Origin: Candidatus Lustribacter sp.
GTDB taxonomy: Bacteria; Vulcanimicrobiota; Vulcanimicrobiia; Vulcanimicrobiales; Vulcanimicrobiaceae
NCBI GenBank assembly: GCA_965277805.1
Contig: OZ255842.1
Coordinates: forward strand, 512,001 to 576,000
Length of the DNA stretch: 64,000 bases
Direction of reading: 5' to 3'
In this document: positions 9,951-20,047 of the stretch, in pieces
Layout: each line of letters starts with the position of its first letter
Position numbering within the stretch: the first letter of the stretch is position 1
The notes under the pieces: generated by a model
Database searches by the model: none
What the model saw: the letters and a program-made list of their open reading frames with translations, nothing else
What the model was told of the DNA's origin: nothing
Translations under genes and position numbers: made by a program

Positions 9951-11570
9951 ATGCTTCGCGAGGTGACATCCATGCGGTCATTCCGTTCTGCCGCCAAAGT
10001 CGTGTTCGCCGCCGCGCTCTTTGCGCTGCCGGTGCTGGGAGTGGCGCCGAGTCAGCCGACCGTGGTGACGACCGACGGTCCCATCGCGGGCTTTCACCGT
10101 GACGGCGTGGTCCAGTTTCGCGGCATCCCGTATGCCGCGCCGCCGGTGGGCAATCTGCGCTGGCGTCCGCCGCAGCCGCATGCGAAGTGGACCGAGACCT
10201 TGGATGCCGTTTCATTCGGTGATACGTGCGTGCAGAATCAGCCCGGGCTCTTCGCGAAGCCGAGCCTCACCGAGAACTGCCTCTTCCTCAACATCTATAC
10301 GCCCGCGAACTACGCGACGAAGCCCGATCACCGCGGCGTGCTCGTGTGGTTCTACGGCGGCGCGATGACGGCCGGCGAGAGCAACGACTACGACGGCACC
10401 AAACTCGCCAAGATGGGCAACACCGTCGTCGTCACGGTCAACTTTCGCGTCGGCTTCTTAGGGTTTTTTGCGCAGCCGGCGCTGGATGCTGAAGGTCACG
10501 ACTTCGGCAACTACGGAACGATGGATCAGCAGTTCGCGCTGCGCTGGATCCAGCGCAACATCGCGAAGTTCGGCGGCGATCCCAAACGCGTGACGATCTT
10601 CGGTCAATCCGGCGGCGCGACGGCGGTCATGACCGATCTCGTTTCTCCGACCGCGGCCGGGCTCTTCCAACGGCTGATCAACGAAAGCGGAACGCACATC
10701 ACCGCCACGCCGCTCCCGGCGGCCGAAGCGCGCGGCGCGGCACTCGTCACCAAAGCGGGCTGCGCGCAGGCGCCGGACGTGATGCAGTGCATGCGCGCGC
10801 TGACGCCGTTGCAAATCCTCTCGCTCGGATTGCCGACGCCGAACTTCTTCGTGCTCGACGGCCACATCATCACCGGCGACCCCTACGAGCAGTACAAGAC
10901 CGGCAAGTTCAACCACGTGCCGATCATCACCGGTCTCGTTGCAGACGAACAGGCGTTCTTCTTGCCCGAGATCTCGGGCGGGCCGCCGGTTCCGCTGACG
11001 GTGTCCGACTTGAGCGACTTCGTCAATTCGTTCGGTGTGGACAACGCGGCTGGGATCAACAAGGTCTATCCGCTGGAGTCGTACCCGAGTCCGAGCGAAG
11101 CCGACATCGCGATTGCCGAAGGCTCGAAGGCCTGCATCGCGCGCACGTTCGATCGCGAGTGGTCGCAGTACGTGCCCGTGTATGCGTACCGCTTCGACGA
11201 CGAAACGGCGCCGTCGTACTTTCCGCCCGTCAGTTATCCGACGCGCGCGTTCCACACCTCGGAGCTGGAGTATCTGTTCGTGCTCTTCCACGGCGGCCAG
11301 GGCACGCCGCATCCGCTGAACGCGGCGCAAACGCATCTCTCCGACCAAATGGTCGCGTACTGGTCGACATTTGCGCGTACCGGCAATCCCAACAACCCGA
11401 TGGACCCGGTCTGGCAGCCGTATTCGGCGGCAGCGGACAACGTGCTCTCGCTGCGTCAGCCGAAGCCGCAGATGATGACCGGTTACGGATCGCAGAATAA
11501 CCTGCCCCACCACATGCACAACGCGTGTTCGTTCTGGGATCAGATCCCGTTGAGTGGCGCCCGTGGTTAA
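9951..11570 (+). CDS. Secreted type-B carboxylesterase
   Basis: FRGIPYAAPPVGNLRWRPP, ENCLFLNIY, GQSGG nucleophile, AFHTSELEY; signal peptide. Confidence 0.9.
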   Translation: MLREVTSMRSFRSAAKVVFAAALFALPVLGVAPSQPTVVTTDGPIAGFHRDGVVQFRGIPYAAPPVGNLRWRPPQPHAKWTETLDAVSFGDTCVQNQPGLFAKPSLTENCLFLNIYTPANYATKPDHRGVLVWFYGGAMTAGESNDYDGTKLAKMGNTVVVTVNFRVGFLGFFAQPALDAEGHDFGNYGTMDQQFALRWIQRNIAKFGGDPKRVTIFGQSGGATAVMTDLVSPTAAGLFQRLINESGTHITATPLPAAEARGAALVTKAGCAQAPDVMQCMRALTPLQILSLGLPTPNFFVLDGHIITGDPYEQYKTGKFNHVPIITGLVADEQAFFLPEISGGPPVPLTVSDLSDFVNSFGVDNAAGINKVYPLESYPSPSEADIAIAEGSKACIARTFDREWSQYVPVYAYRFDDETAPSYFPPVSYPTRAFHTSELEYLFVLFHGGQGTPHPLNAAQTHLSDQMVAYWSTFARTGNPNNPMDPVWQPYSAAADNVLSLRQPKPQMMTGYGSQNNLPHHMHNACSFWDQIPLSGARG

Positions 11571-12522
11571 TGATTTGTTTCACACGCTGTTTGCGGCAAG
11601 CGCGTTGCTCGCCGTGCCGTTCTCGATGACACCACGGATGACGGCCGCAGACACTCCGGCCGTCATCCGCATCGAAACCTCCGACTACGATCTCTCGGCG
11701 GAGCCATACTACGGCGTCGCTGCCGGAATTTTCGCCCGGCACGGCATCACCCTGCGGTTTCTTCCGGCCGTCGAGGGCGGGGCGAACATGATTCGCGATG
11801 TCGCGGGAAACAAAGCGGACATCGGATTTTCCAACTTGATCTCGATCGCGCGTGCGGTCCAATCCGGAGCGGCGATCGTCCTGATCGCGCCGGCCGGTCT
11901 CTACCGGCGGAAAGATCCGGTGAACGCGATCGTGGTTTCGCCCAACTCATCGATCCGCTCGGCCAAAGACCTCAACGGGAAGAACATCTCGAGTCCCTCG
12001 GGCGCGGGCAGCGCCGGCGCGCTCGCGCCGGCCGCGTGGATCGATCTAAACGGCGGCGATTCGACGTCGGTGCATTTCGTCACAGGTATCGCACCGATGG
12101 ATTTGCCGGCGGCGCTCAACGCCGGCACCGTGGCGGCCGGTGAGGTCGGCGATCCGCAACTGACGCTCTTGCGTCAGCGCGGCGACGTGCGTGTGCTCGC
12201 TGCCCCGTTCGACGCCGAAGGCGACAATTATCTGCTCGCAGGCTTCGTCGCTTCGAAGGCCTGGGTGGCGGCGAATCCCGCTGCCGCGCGTGGCTTCGTT
12301 GCGGCGATGAAGGAGACGGCGCGTTGGGCGAACGCGCATCGCACTCAAACGGGCCGGCTTCTTGCCGCGCGCCTCAAACTTACGCCGGCGGTTACTGAAG
12401 CGATGTCACGGACGAAATACGCCATAACGTTGACTGCCGAAACGATTCAGCCGCCGCTCGATATCGCCGCGAAGTACGGCATCATCAAGCCGATGAAAGC
12501 GAACGAATTGCTGCATCCATGA
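11554..12522 (+). CDS. ABC solute-binding protein, NitT/TauT/SsuA type
   Basis: Signal peptide; GIFARHGI, IRSAKDLNGKNI, FVAAMKETARWANAH. Confidence 0.82.
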   Translation: MAPVVNDLFHTLFAASALLAVPFSMTPRMTAADTPAVIRIETSDYDLSAEPYYGVAAGIFARHGITLRFLPAVEGGANMIRDVAGNKADIGFSNLISIARAVQSGAAIVLIAPAGLYRRKDPVNAIVVSPNSSIRSAKDLNGKNISSPSGAGSAGALAPAAWIDLNGGDSTSVHFVTGIAPMDLPAALNAGTVAAGEVGDPQLTLLRQRGDVRVLAAPFDAEGDNYLLAGFVASKAWVAANPAAARGFVAAMKETARWANAHRTQTGRLLAARLKLTPAVTEAMSRTKYAITLTAETIQPPLDIAAKYGIIKPMKANELLHP

Positions 12523-13286
12523 ACGCGGTGGGGCTCGTGGCCGTCGCTGCCGCCGGCGGCATTGCAGCGGCGATCAATTCGGCCGCCGGCGGCGGCAGCT
12601 TCATCTCGTTTCCGACGCTGGTGTTCCTCGGCGTGCCGCCGATCACGGCCAATGCGACGAACACGACCGCGATGTGGATCGGGCAAGCCGGCAGCATTCA
12701 CGGCTTCCGCGAGAACATGCTACGGCCGACGCCGCGTTTCATCGCGGCCATGGCCGTGTCGGTGATCGGCGGAATTCTCGGCGCGGTGATCTTGCTGCAC
12801 ACGCCGCAGCGCGCGTTCGATATCATCATTCCGTGGCTGCTGCTCTTCGCGACCATCATGTTCGCGATCAGCCCGTGGGTGCTCAAGCTCGCCAATCACC
12901 CGGGCGGCGTGACCGACGTCTCGTGGGCAAGCACGGTGCCGCTGTTCATCGTCGCGTTGTACGGCGGCTTCTTCGGCGGCGGCCAGGGCATCGTGCTGCT
13001 GGCGTACTTCGCTCTGATCGGCATGACCGACTTGCCGAAAATGAACGGCTTGAAGTCCGTGCTCGCGTTTATCAACAACGGCGTGCCCGTGATTCCCTTC
13101 GTGTTCGCCCGGGCGATCGCGTGGGACGTGGCGGCCGCGATGTGCCTGGGCGCGATCGCCGGCGGCTATTACGGCGCTCGCTTGACGCGCACGCTGCCGC
13201 CCCAGGTGATGCGGCGCGCGATCGTCGTGCTCGGGTTTATCGCGAGCGCCGCATTCTTCTGGCGCGCGCTCGCAGGCCCGCGCTGA
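12519..13286 (+). CDS. TauE/SafE (TSUP) family membrane transporter
   Basis: INSAAGGGSFISFPTL, PPITANATN, YGGFFGGGQG. Confidence 0.88.
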   Translation: MNAVGLVAVAAAGGIAAAINSAAGGGSFISFPTLVFLGVPPITANATNTTAMWIGQAGSIHGFRENMLRPTPRFIAAMAVSVIGGILGAVILLHTPQRAFDIIIPWLLLFATIMFAISPWVLKLANHPGGVTDVSWASTVPLFIVALYGGFFGGGQGIVLLAYFALIGMTDLPKMNGLKSVLAFINNGVPVIPFVFARAIAWDVAAAMCLGAIAGGYYGARLTRTLPPQVMRRAIVVLGFIASAAFFWRALAGPR

Positions 13287-13308
13287 GCACCGCGCGTAAC
13301 GGATAGTC

Positions 13309-14265
13309 ATGAAACGTTCGGCCGCACTCTTGGCGCTGGGCGGCGCCGTCGCACTTCCCCATCGGGCCCGCGCTCAGAGCCTGACGAAGATCCGGTGTGC
13401 TCAACCGCCGGGTACGGCTTCCGCGATCATCGTTTACGCGCAGAACTCGGGGATTTTCAAGAAATACGGCTTGGACGTCGAGATCGTGAAGATGAACAGC
13501 GGCGCGGCAATCATCGCGGCGCTCGCCGGCGGTTCGGTCGACGTCGGCAACGGCAGCACGTTTTCGGTGGTCACGGCGTACGCGCACGGCATCCCGATGC
13601 AAATCGTTGCGGGCGGTCCCGTGTACCAGCCGTCGGCAACGGTGCCGTACGGCATGATCTTGGTAGGCAAGAATTCGCCGCTGAAGACCGCGGCGGATTT
13701 GAACGGCAAGACGTTCGGCCTCTCCGTTGCGAAAGGCGATCTTAACTCGGTGACGTCGCAAGCGTGGGTCGAGCAGCACGGCGGTGATTGGTCGACCGTC
13801 AAGGTGCTCGAGCTGCCGCAGGATACGATGGTTGCGGCGATCGACGCCGGCCGGATCGATGCGTTCACGATCCAGAGCCCCGGCACCGCAATCGCGCTCT
13901 CGAGCGGAAAACTCCGCACGTTCGGCCGGCCGTACGACGCGGTCGGACGCCAATTCAGCATTGCCGCCTGGTATGCGCTGAGCAAGTGGTCGACGGATAA
14001 TCCGCAAACGGCGCGAGCCTTCGCGCAAGCCGTCGGCGAGTCATCACGCTACGCCAACAGCCACGGCCCGCAGATCATGCCCGTCATGGCGCAGTTTGCG
14101 GGCGTCGATACGTCGGTGCTCGAAGCGGCGGCGCGCGCGCCGTTTACCGATCGCGCCGATCCGCCCGATTTTCAGGCGATCATCGATCTCGAAGTGAAGT
14201 ATAAGGTGATCGATCACGGCTTCGACGCCAAAGACTTCATCTCGCCCATCGCGATGAGGCGCTAA
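13309..14265 (+). CDS. ABC solute-binding protein, NitT/TauT type
   Basis: GIFKKYGLDVEI, SGAAIIAALAGGSVDVG, LKTAADLNGKT. Confidence 0.85.
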   Translation: MKRSAALLALGGAVALPHRARAQSLTKIRCAQPPGTASAIIVYAQNSGIFKKYGLDVEIVKMNSGAAIIAALAGGSVDVGNGSTFSVVTAYAHGIPMQIVAGGPVYQPSATVPYGMILVGKNSPLKTAADLNGKTFGLSVAKGDLNSVTSQAWVEQHGGDWSTVKVLELPQDTMVAAIDAGRIDAFTIQSPGTAIALSSGKLRTFGRPYDAVGRQFSIAAWYALSKWSTDNPQTARAFAQAVGESSRYANSHGPQIMPVMAQFAGVDTSVLEAAARAPFTDRADPPDFQAIIDLEVKYKVIDHGFDAKDFISPIAMRR

Positions 14266-14279
14266 GGCACGTTCCCGTA

Positions 14280-15143
14280 ATGGAACACGGGCGTTTCGCG
14301 TACAGCGCGATCGCCGATCGTCCGCGCCGGCGCTGGCCAAACGGTGCGCGGCTGGCGCTCTGGGTGATACCGAACATCGAGTACCTCCGCTTCGATCAAC
14401 TCTTGCGGTCATCGTCGCCGCGTGCCGTTGCGCCGGACATGATCACGTATGCGTCGTACGACTACGGCAACCGGGCCGGCATCTGGCGCATCATGGCGCT
14501 GCTCGACCAGTTCAACATTCAGGCCACGGTCGCGCTCAACGGCGACGTATGCGACGTGTATCCGGCCATCATCCGCGAAGGCAGCCGCCGCTGGTGGGAA
14601 TGGATGGGACACGGTGCTACCATCAGCCGGGGACTGAGCGGCCTCGCTGATTCCGAGGAACGTTCGCTGATCGCGCAGACGCTGGCGAAGATCGAAGCGG
14701 CGACCGGGATCCGTCCGCGCGGCTGGCTCGGACCGGCGCTCGCCGAGAACGCACGAACGCCCGATCTCCTCAAGGAGGCGGGTATCGACTACGTCGCCGA
14801 TTGGGTCAACGACGATCAGCCGTACGCGCTGCAGACCACGCACGGCGAACTGCATTCCGTGCCGTACTCGACGGCAATCAACGATATGGCGGCGTTTCCC
14901 GTGCATTCGCCGGTGGAGTTTTTACGCATGATCAAAGATCAGTTCGACACCCTCTACGGCGAGGCGGCCGAGACGGCCAAGGTGATGGCGATTTCGTTGC
15001 ATCCCGGGAAGATCGGCGTTCCGCACCGCATCCGCTATCTCGCCGAAGCGTTGGGTTACATCGACGGCCACGAGAGCATCTGGTGGGCGACCGGCAGCGA
15101 GATACTCGATGCCTACCGGCAAGCCGGCGGGGAGCGTTCCTGA
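14280..15143 (+). CDS. Polysaccharide deacetylase family protein (PuuE/allantoinase-like)
   Basis: WPNGARLALWVIPNIE, DYGNRAGIWR, EWMGHG, PRGWLGP, NDDQPY, ISLHP. Confidence 0.88.
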   Translation: MEHGRFAYSAIADRPRRRWPNGARLALWVIPNIEYLRFDQLLRSSSPRAVAPDMITYASYDYGNRAGIWRIMALLDQFNIQATVALNGDVCDVYPAIIREGSRRWWEWMGHGATISRGLSGLADSEERSLIAQTLAKIEAATGIRPRGWLGPALAENARTPDLLKEAGIDYVADWVNDDQPYALQTTHGELHSVPYSTAINDMAAFPVHSPVEFLRMIKDQFDTLYGEAAETAKVMAISLHPGKIGVPHRIRYLAEALGYIDGHESIWWATGSEILDAYRQAGGERS

Positions 15144-15838
15144 TGCCGCGCGTTTGGGATGCGTTTCTCACACCGCAAGATCGGCTCGTCGATGTAGGAC
15201 GCTCGCGCGGACGGTTCGGTTTCGGCGAACGCCCGGCGCTGCTGCTCGTCGATCTCTATCGCGCGGTCTTCGGCGATGCGCCGGTGGCCTTGCCCGACGC
15301 GATGCGCGAGTGGCCGAGTTCGTGTGGGCTCGCTGCGTGGGAAGCCATCCCGCATATTCAGCGCCTCCTCGCGGCGGCGCGCGGTGCCAAGATTCCGGTG
15401 TTCTATTCCACCGACATGAACATGCACGACACGCCGCTCGCGCCGTGGTCACGCTCGCGGCTGCGCGGTGCGGTTGCGCCGGAGGGCCCGGAGATGGCCG
15501 CCCGCCGCTTGCGGATGAACGAGATCATCGATGAGGTCGCGCCGCTGCCGGGCGAGCTCGTCATCGCGAAGGCTGCGCCGAGCGTGTTTTCGGGCACGCC
15601 GCTGTTGGGGCAGCTGGTTGCGCGCCGGGTCGACACGCTCGTCGTTTGCGGCGAGAGCACCAGCGGTTGCGTTCGCGCGACCGTGGTCGACGGCTGCACG
15701 CAGCGCTTCAACATGATCGTCGCCGAAGAGTGCACCTTCGACCGCACGCAGGCCTCGCACGCCGTCAACTTGTTCGATATGAACCAAAAGTACGCCGACG
15801 TCGTACCGCTCGACGAGATCATCGCACACCTGAAATGA
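15143..15838 (+). CDS. Isochorismatase-family cysteine hydrolase (NicF / N-carbamoylsarcosine amidase-like)
   Basis: RPALLLVD, K in IAKAAPS, GESTSGCVRATVVD, FDMNQKYADV; TGATG overlap gives start 15143. Confidence 0.88.
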   Translation: MPRVWDAFLTPQDRLVDVGRSRGRFGFGERPALLLVDLYRAVFGDAPVALPDAMREWPSSCGLAAWEAIPHIQRLLAAARGAKIPVFYSTDMNMHDTPLAPWSRSRLRGAVAPEGPEMAARRLRMNEIIDEVAPLPGELVIAKAAPSVFSGTPLLGQLVARRVDTLVVCGESTSGCVRATVVDGCTQRFNMIVAEECTFDRTQASHAVNLFDMNQKYADVVPLDEIIAHLK

Positions 15839-16755
15839 AAATTGACGTTCACCACCACGTGGCCCCGGATTTCTGGCTCGCGCTCCCCGGCGGAACGCCG
15901 GACGAGGCGCGCGTGTTTCGCGACTGGACCGTTGCGCGCGCGATCGAGGAGATGGACCGCGACGGCGTCGCCACCGTATACGCATCGTTGCCCCTTTCGG
16001 GGAGCCGCTTCGACGATCGCGCGGCCGCGCGCAAGCTGACGCGCCGCTGCAACGAGTACATGGCGCAGCTGCGCCGCGAGCATCCGGGGCGCTTCGGGAT
16101 GTTCGCGCTGCTGCCGATGCCGGACATCGAAGGAACGCTGGCCGAGATCGCCTACGCCTACGATGAGCTCAACGCCGACGGGATCGGCTTGCTGACGAGT
16201 TACGGCGACGGGTGGCTCGGTGACCCGCGCTTCGATCCGGTGTTCGACGAACTGAATCGCCGCAAGGCCGTGGTCTTCACGCATCCGGTCAGCAACGCGG
16301 CGTGCACGCACCGTCAGGATTGGCTGGGCCCGGCGCCGATCGACTACGCGACCGATACGACGCGCGCGATCGCCGAGTACGTCTTCAAGGGCGCTTCTCA
16401 ACGTTTTCCAAACGTGCGCATGATTTTCTCGCACGCCGGCGGGACGATGCCCTACCTCGTGCAGCGCTTCATCAACGGCGGCAACGGCAAGTTCAAAGAG
16501 ATCACGCCCCACGGCTTTCTCGCCGAGGCGGAAAAGATGTACTACGATACCGCCCAAGTGGCGAGTCGCGGCACGATGCTGGCGTTGCAAACCGTCATCC
16601 CCGATTCAAACATCCTCTTCGGTTCCGACTACCCGTACCGCACCTGCGGCTGGACCGCCGACCTGCTTACGGCCGGCAACGCCTTCGATGCCCAAGGCTT
16701 GCAGGCAGTCTTCCACGACAACGCCGCCCGATTGCTGGGGTCGCCGAAGTCGTAG
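15835..16755 (+). CDS. Amidohydrolase_2 family protein (decarboxylase/hydratase-like)
   Basis: IDVHHH, VFTHP, SHAGGTMP, LFGSDYP; ATGA overlap at 15835. Confidence 0.88.
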   Translation: MKIDVHHHVAPDFWLALPGGTPDEARVFRDWTVARAIEEMDRDGVATVYASLPLSGSRFDDRAAARKLTRRCNEYMAQLRREHPGRFGMFALLPMPDIEGTLAEIAYAYDELNADGIGLLTSYGDGWLGDPRFDPVFDELNRRKAVVFTHPVSNAACTHRQDWLGPAPIDYATDTTRAIAEYVFKGASQRFPNVRMIFSHAGGTMPYLVQRFINGGNGKFKEITPHGFLAEAEKMYYDTAQVASRGTMLALQTVIPDSNILFGSDYPYRTCGWTADLLTAGNAFDAQGLQAVFHDNAARLLGSPKS

Positions 16756-17886
16756 ATGACGCGACTGGCGCTCGGCACGCAGAATCGGCTCAAGCTGGGC
16801 ATCTTCTCGGCAAATCTGTCCTCCGGAATGAACGCCACGCTCGTTCCGGAGCGGTGGCAGGCAACGTGGGATGAGAACCGGCGTCTCGCGCAACTCGCGG
16901 ACGAACGCGGCTTGGAATTCATCATCCCGCTGGCACGGTGGCGCGGTCTCGGCGGCGCGACGAACTACCAGGACTGGGGCTTCGAAACGTTGACCTGGGC
17001 GTCGGCGCTGCTCGCGTGCACGAAACGGGTCCACGTCTTCGGCACGGTGCACGTGATGCTGTTTCATCCGGTCGTCGCCGCGAAGATGATGATCACGGCC
17101 GACCATGTCGGGCACGGGCGCTTCGGCGTCAACCTCGTCGTCGGCCCGGGCAAAGCGCAGATGCCGATGTTCGGTATCGCCGTACCGGAACACGACGACC
17201 GCTACGTGCTCGCCCAGGAGTGGCTCGATATCGTCCGCGGCTTATGGCGCAATCCCGACGACTTCGACTTCGACGGTACCTACTTTCAACTCAAGGAACT
17301 GCACGCGTCGCCCGGGCCGTACGGTTCGGCCGAACCGCTGTTTCTCAACGCCGGCGCGTCGGGCGTGGGCCAAGACTTCGCGGTGCGGAATTCGGATGCG
17401 TTTTTCACCTCGGTGAAGAACTCTTCGTTCGACGAAGCCACCGGGATCGTGACGCCCGATATTCCGGTTGTCGCCGGCATCGTTCGCAGCGTGCGGGCGC
17501 GCGCGGCGGCGATCGGCCGCGACATCGGCGTGTATACGAACGTTAACGTTATTTGCCGGCCGACGCACAAAGAAGCAATCGACTACTATCGCTACGCGCT
17601 GGAAGAGAACGGCGATTGGCCGGCGATCGACAACGAGATACACGGGCGAACCGGAATCACCGCCGATCCATCGTCGCCGGAATATCTCGACCGGCGCCGG
17701 CGCCAGATCCGGCAATTTCCGGTGATCGGCGATCCCGACCGCGTTGCTCAGTTGCTCGCCACGCTCAACGAGATCGGTTTCGACGGCCTCGGCTTAACGA
17801 TGGTCAACTACCTCGACGAACTCCCCTATATCTGCGACGAAATACTCCCCCGCCTCGAACGCGCCGGTCTCCGCAGGCCGTTATAG
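16756..17886 (+). CDS. Luciferase-like (LLM) flavin-dependent monooxygenase
   Basis: LKLGIFSAN, PLARWRG.GG, ETLTWA, HPVVAAK, GRFGVNLV, NAGAS..G. Confidence 0.9.
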   Translation: MTRLALGTQNRLKLGIFSANLSSGMNATLVPERWQATWDENRRLAQLADERGLEFIIPLARWRGLGGATNYQDWGFETLTWASALLACTKRVHVFGTVHVMLFHPVVAAKMMITADHVGHGRFGVNLVVGPGKAQMPMFGIAVPEHDDRYVLAQEWLDIVRGLWRNPDDFDFDGTYFQLKELHASPGPYGSAEPLFLNAGASGVGQDFAVRNSDAFFTSVKNSSFDEATGIVTPDIPVVAGIVRSVRARAAAIGRDIGVYTNVNVICRPTHKEAIDYYRYALEENGDWPAIDNEIHGRTGITADPSSPEYLDRRRRQIRQFPVIGDPDRVAQLLATLNEIGFDGLGLTMVNYLDELPYICDEILPRLERAGLRRPL

Positions 17887-19065
17887 CGGCGAGCCGCCGA
17901 ATTTGCTGATCGCTACCCAGGTGTCTTTGGGGACGTCCCAGCGGACCATGACGAGGTTTTGCGAGGCGGTAAGGCCGCGCTGATCGCCGCTGCGGAAATC
18001 GTACATGCCGCAGGCGCCGGCATAGCCGTGCAGGTTGCTCATGTAGTCTTTGAGCTGCCCGGCGGTTGCGTTGGGCCCGAGTTTCTTCAAGCCGTTGATG
18101 ATGATCTGGGCGGGATCCCAGCCGTTCGCTTCGGAGATGTCGGCGCGAATGCCGGCGGCCTTGAAGGCGTCGACGAATTGCCGCACGGCATTTTTCACCT
18201 GACCGTTGGGCAACGTATCCAAAACGATGTTGGGCGGCGCGGCCGAGATCAGCTCGCGCGGGAGGATGGCGGCGAACTGCTTCATCTCGGGATAGATGTC
18301 GTTGCCCGCCGATACCGCGACCGGAATGTCGAGTCCGGCATCGCGAATGGAGCGGAAGACCGTGCCGATCGGCGTCCCCGTCCCCCACGCGATCATGACT
18401 TGCGCGCCCGAAGCTTTGATCCGCGCGATCTGTGCCGCGACGCTCAGGTCGGTGACGTTGTAATGCTCGCGTGCGACGAGGCTGAGGTCCTTGTTGTCGG
18501 GCTGCGCCAAGGTCGCGTCGATCGCCGCTTCGCCGACCTGTCCGCTCGAATCGGTCGACGTCAGCATCGCGATGCGCCTGAGGCCGTGCGCGCGAAAATA
18601 ACGCGCGTCGACGCCGATCGAATCGGCGCTCGAGACTTGATACGTAAACATGTACGATCCGCGCTCGGGCTGCATGCCGGCCGAGAAGCAGTATACCAGC
18701 GGTCCGTTGCGGACCAGCGGCGCGAGCGCGCTGCAACCGGCCGAGAGGGTGGGTCCAAAAATGACTTGGACCTTGTTCGCGATGAGGCCGTTGGCTAACG
18801 TGAGCGCCGTTTGCGCGTTGGATCCGTCGTCCTGGATGATGACCTTCACGGGCCGGCCCGCGATGCCGCCGGTTTTGTTGACCGCATCCGCCGCTTGAAG
18901 CATCCCGCTCTGTTCCGCGGTGCCGAGGAACGCGCCGGAACCGGTCAACGATAAGATCGCGTTGAGCTCGATCGGCTCGCCGGCGGCGATGGAGCGCTCC
19001 GGCAGCCACGATGCGGCGAGAAGAACGGCGAGGACGATTGCGAGCAGCAGCTTAGCGGGTTTCAT
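17881..19065 (-). CDS. ABC solute-binding protein, Liv (branched-chain) type
   Basis: Signal peptide; LSLTGSGAFLG, VNKTGGIAGRPV...DD; SD AAGGAG upstream of ATG 19065. Confidence 0.87.
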   Translation of the reverse strand: MKPAKLLLAIVLAVLLAASWLPERSIAAGEPIELNAILSLTGSGAFLGTAEQSGMLQAADAVNKTGGIAGRPVKVIIQDDGSNAQTALTLANGLIANKVQVIFGPTLSAGCSALAPLVRNGPLVYCFSAGMQPERGSYMFTYQVSSADSIGVDARYFRAHGLRRIAMLTSTDSSGQVGEAAIDATLAQPDNKDLSLVAREHYNVTDLSVAAQIARIKASGAQVMIAWGTGTPIGTVFRSIRDAGLDIPVAVSAGNDIYPEMKQFAAILPRELISAAPPNIVLDTLPNGQVKNAVRQFVDAFKAAGIRADISEANGWDPAQIIINGLKKLGPNATAGQLKDYMSNLHGYAGACGMYDFRSGDQRGLTASQNLVMVRWDVPKDTWVAISKFGGSPL

Positions 19066-19074
19066 GCGCACTCC

Positions 19075-19281
19075 TTAGTTCGGTGGGCCCGACATTTGCG
19101 CGAAGTGGAAGAAGTAGTTGAACGACCAGCCGAGGACGGCGCCGCTCACGAGCGCGCCGGCGATCGTAGCCGGCACGACGATGCGTTTGGGATGATCGGC
19201 CATCAGCGAGCCGCCCAGCATGATGATGCACCCGGCTCCGACGATGAAGCCGGTGACGAACAGGACGGGGTCGATCGGCAT
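19075..19281 (-). CDS. Small two-TM membrane protein (68 aa), unknown function
   Basis: Two hydrophobic helices; fills the gap between SDR and SBP exactly; stop overlaps the SD of the next gene. Confidence 0.6.
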   Translation of the reverse strand: MPIDPVLFVTGFIVGAGCIIMLGGSLMADHPKRIVVPATIAGALVSGAVLGWSFNYFFHFAQMSGPPN

Positions 19282-19297
19282 AGGGCCTTGATGCGCC

Positions 19298-20047
19298 CTA
19301 CTGCATCACCATTCCGCCGTCGACGACGATCGTTTGGCCCGTGATGTACGTTGCGTCGGGCGAGCAGAGAAAGGCGACGGCGCCGGCGATGTCGTTCGGG
19401 GTTTGGTCGTACTTGAGGGCGCGGCGCGAACGGTAGTCGTTCCAGCGCGCTTCGGGCACGCCGCCGGTGGCCTCGACTTCGATCAGTCCCGGTGCGATTG
19501 CGTTCACCGTCACGCGATCCGGCCCGAGTTCGTTTGCGATCGAGCGCGTCATCGCGATGATCGCGCCCTTCGTGGCGACGTAGTGCAGCAGGCGCGAGGC
19601 TCCCCAGAGCGCCGTATCGGAGGCCATGTTCACGATCGCGCCGCCGCCGGCCGCGACCAGCAGCGGACCAAATTGTTTGCACGCGAGCCACGTGCCCTTG
19701 ACGTTCACGCGAAAGAGCCGCTCCCACTCTGCTTCCGGAATTTCGTCGTACGCTTTTCCGCCGACCGAGTTTGCAATGGCAGCATTGTTCACGAGCGCAT
19801 CGATGCGGCCGCACTCGGCGACGTGTTTCGCTAATGCGGCCAGCGACGCGGCATCGGCGATATCGGTTTGCACGAACGATGCCGACAAACCGCTGCCTTC
19901 GATCGCGGCTGCGGCTCCGGCACCGAGGGCGGGGTCGAGTTCGGCGATCACGACGTGCCGGCCGCCGGCGGCTAGCCGCTCGGCAATCGCGCGCCCGAGG
20001 CCGCGTCCGGCACCGGTGACGACGGCGATGCGGCGTTCATCCATCAC
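19298..20047 (-). CDS. Short-chain dehydrogenase/reductase
   Basis: [25 protein letters not shown]. Confidence 0.92.
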   Translation of the reverse strand: MMDERRIAVVTGAGRGLGRAIAERLAAGGRHVVIAELDPALGAGAAAAIEGSGLSASFVQTDIADAASLAALAKHVAECGRIDALVNNAAIANSVGGKAYDEIPEAEWERLFRVNVKGTWLACKQFGPLLVAAGGGAIVNMASDTALWGASRLLHYVATKGAIIAMTRSIANELGPDRVTVNAIAPGLIEVEATGGVPEARWNDYRSRRALKYDQTPNDIAGAVAFLCSPDATYITGQTIVVDGGMVMQ

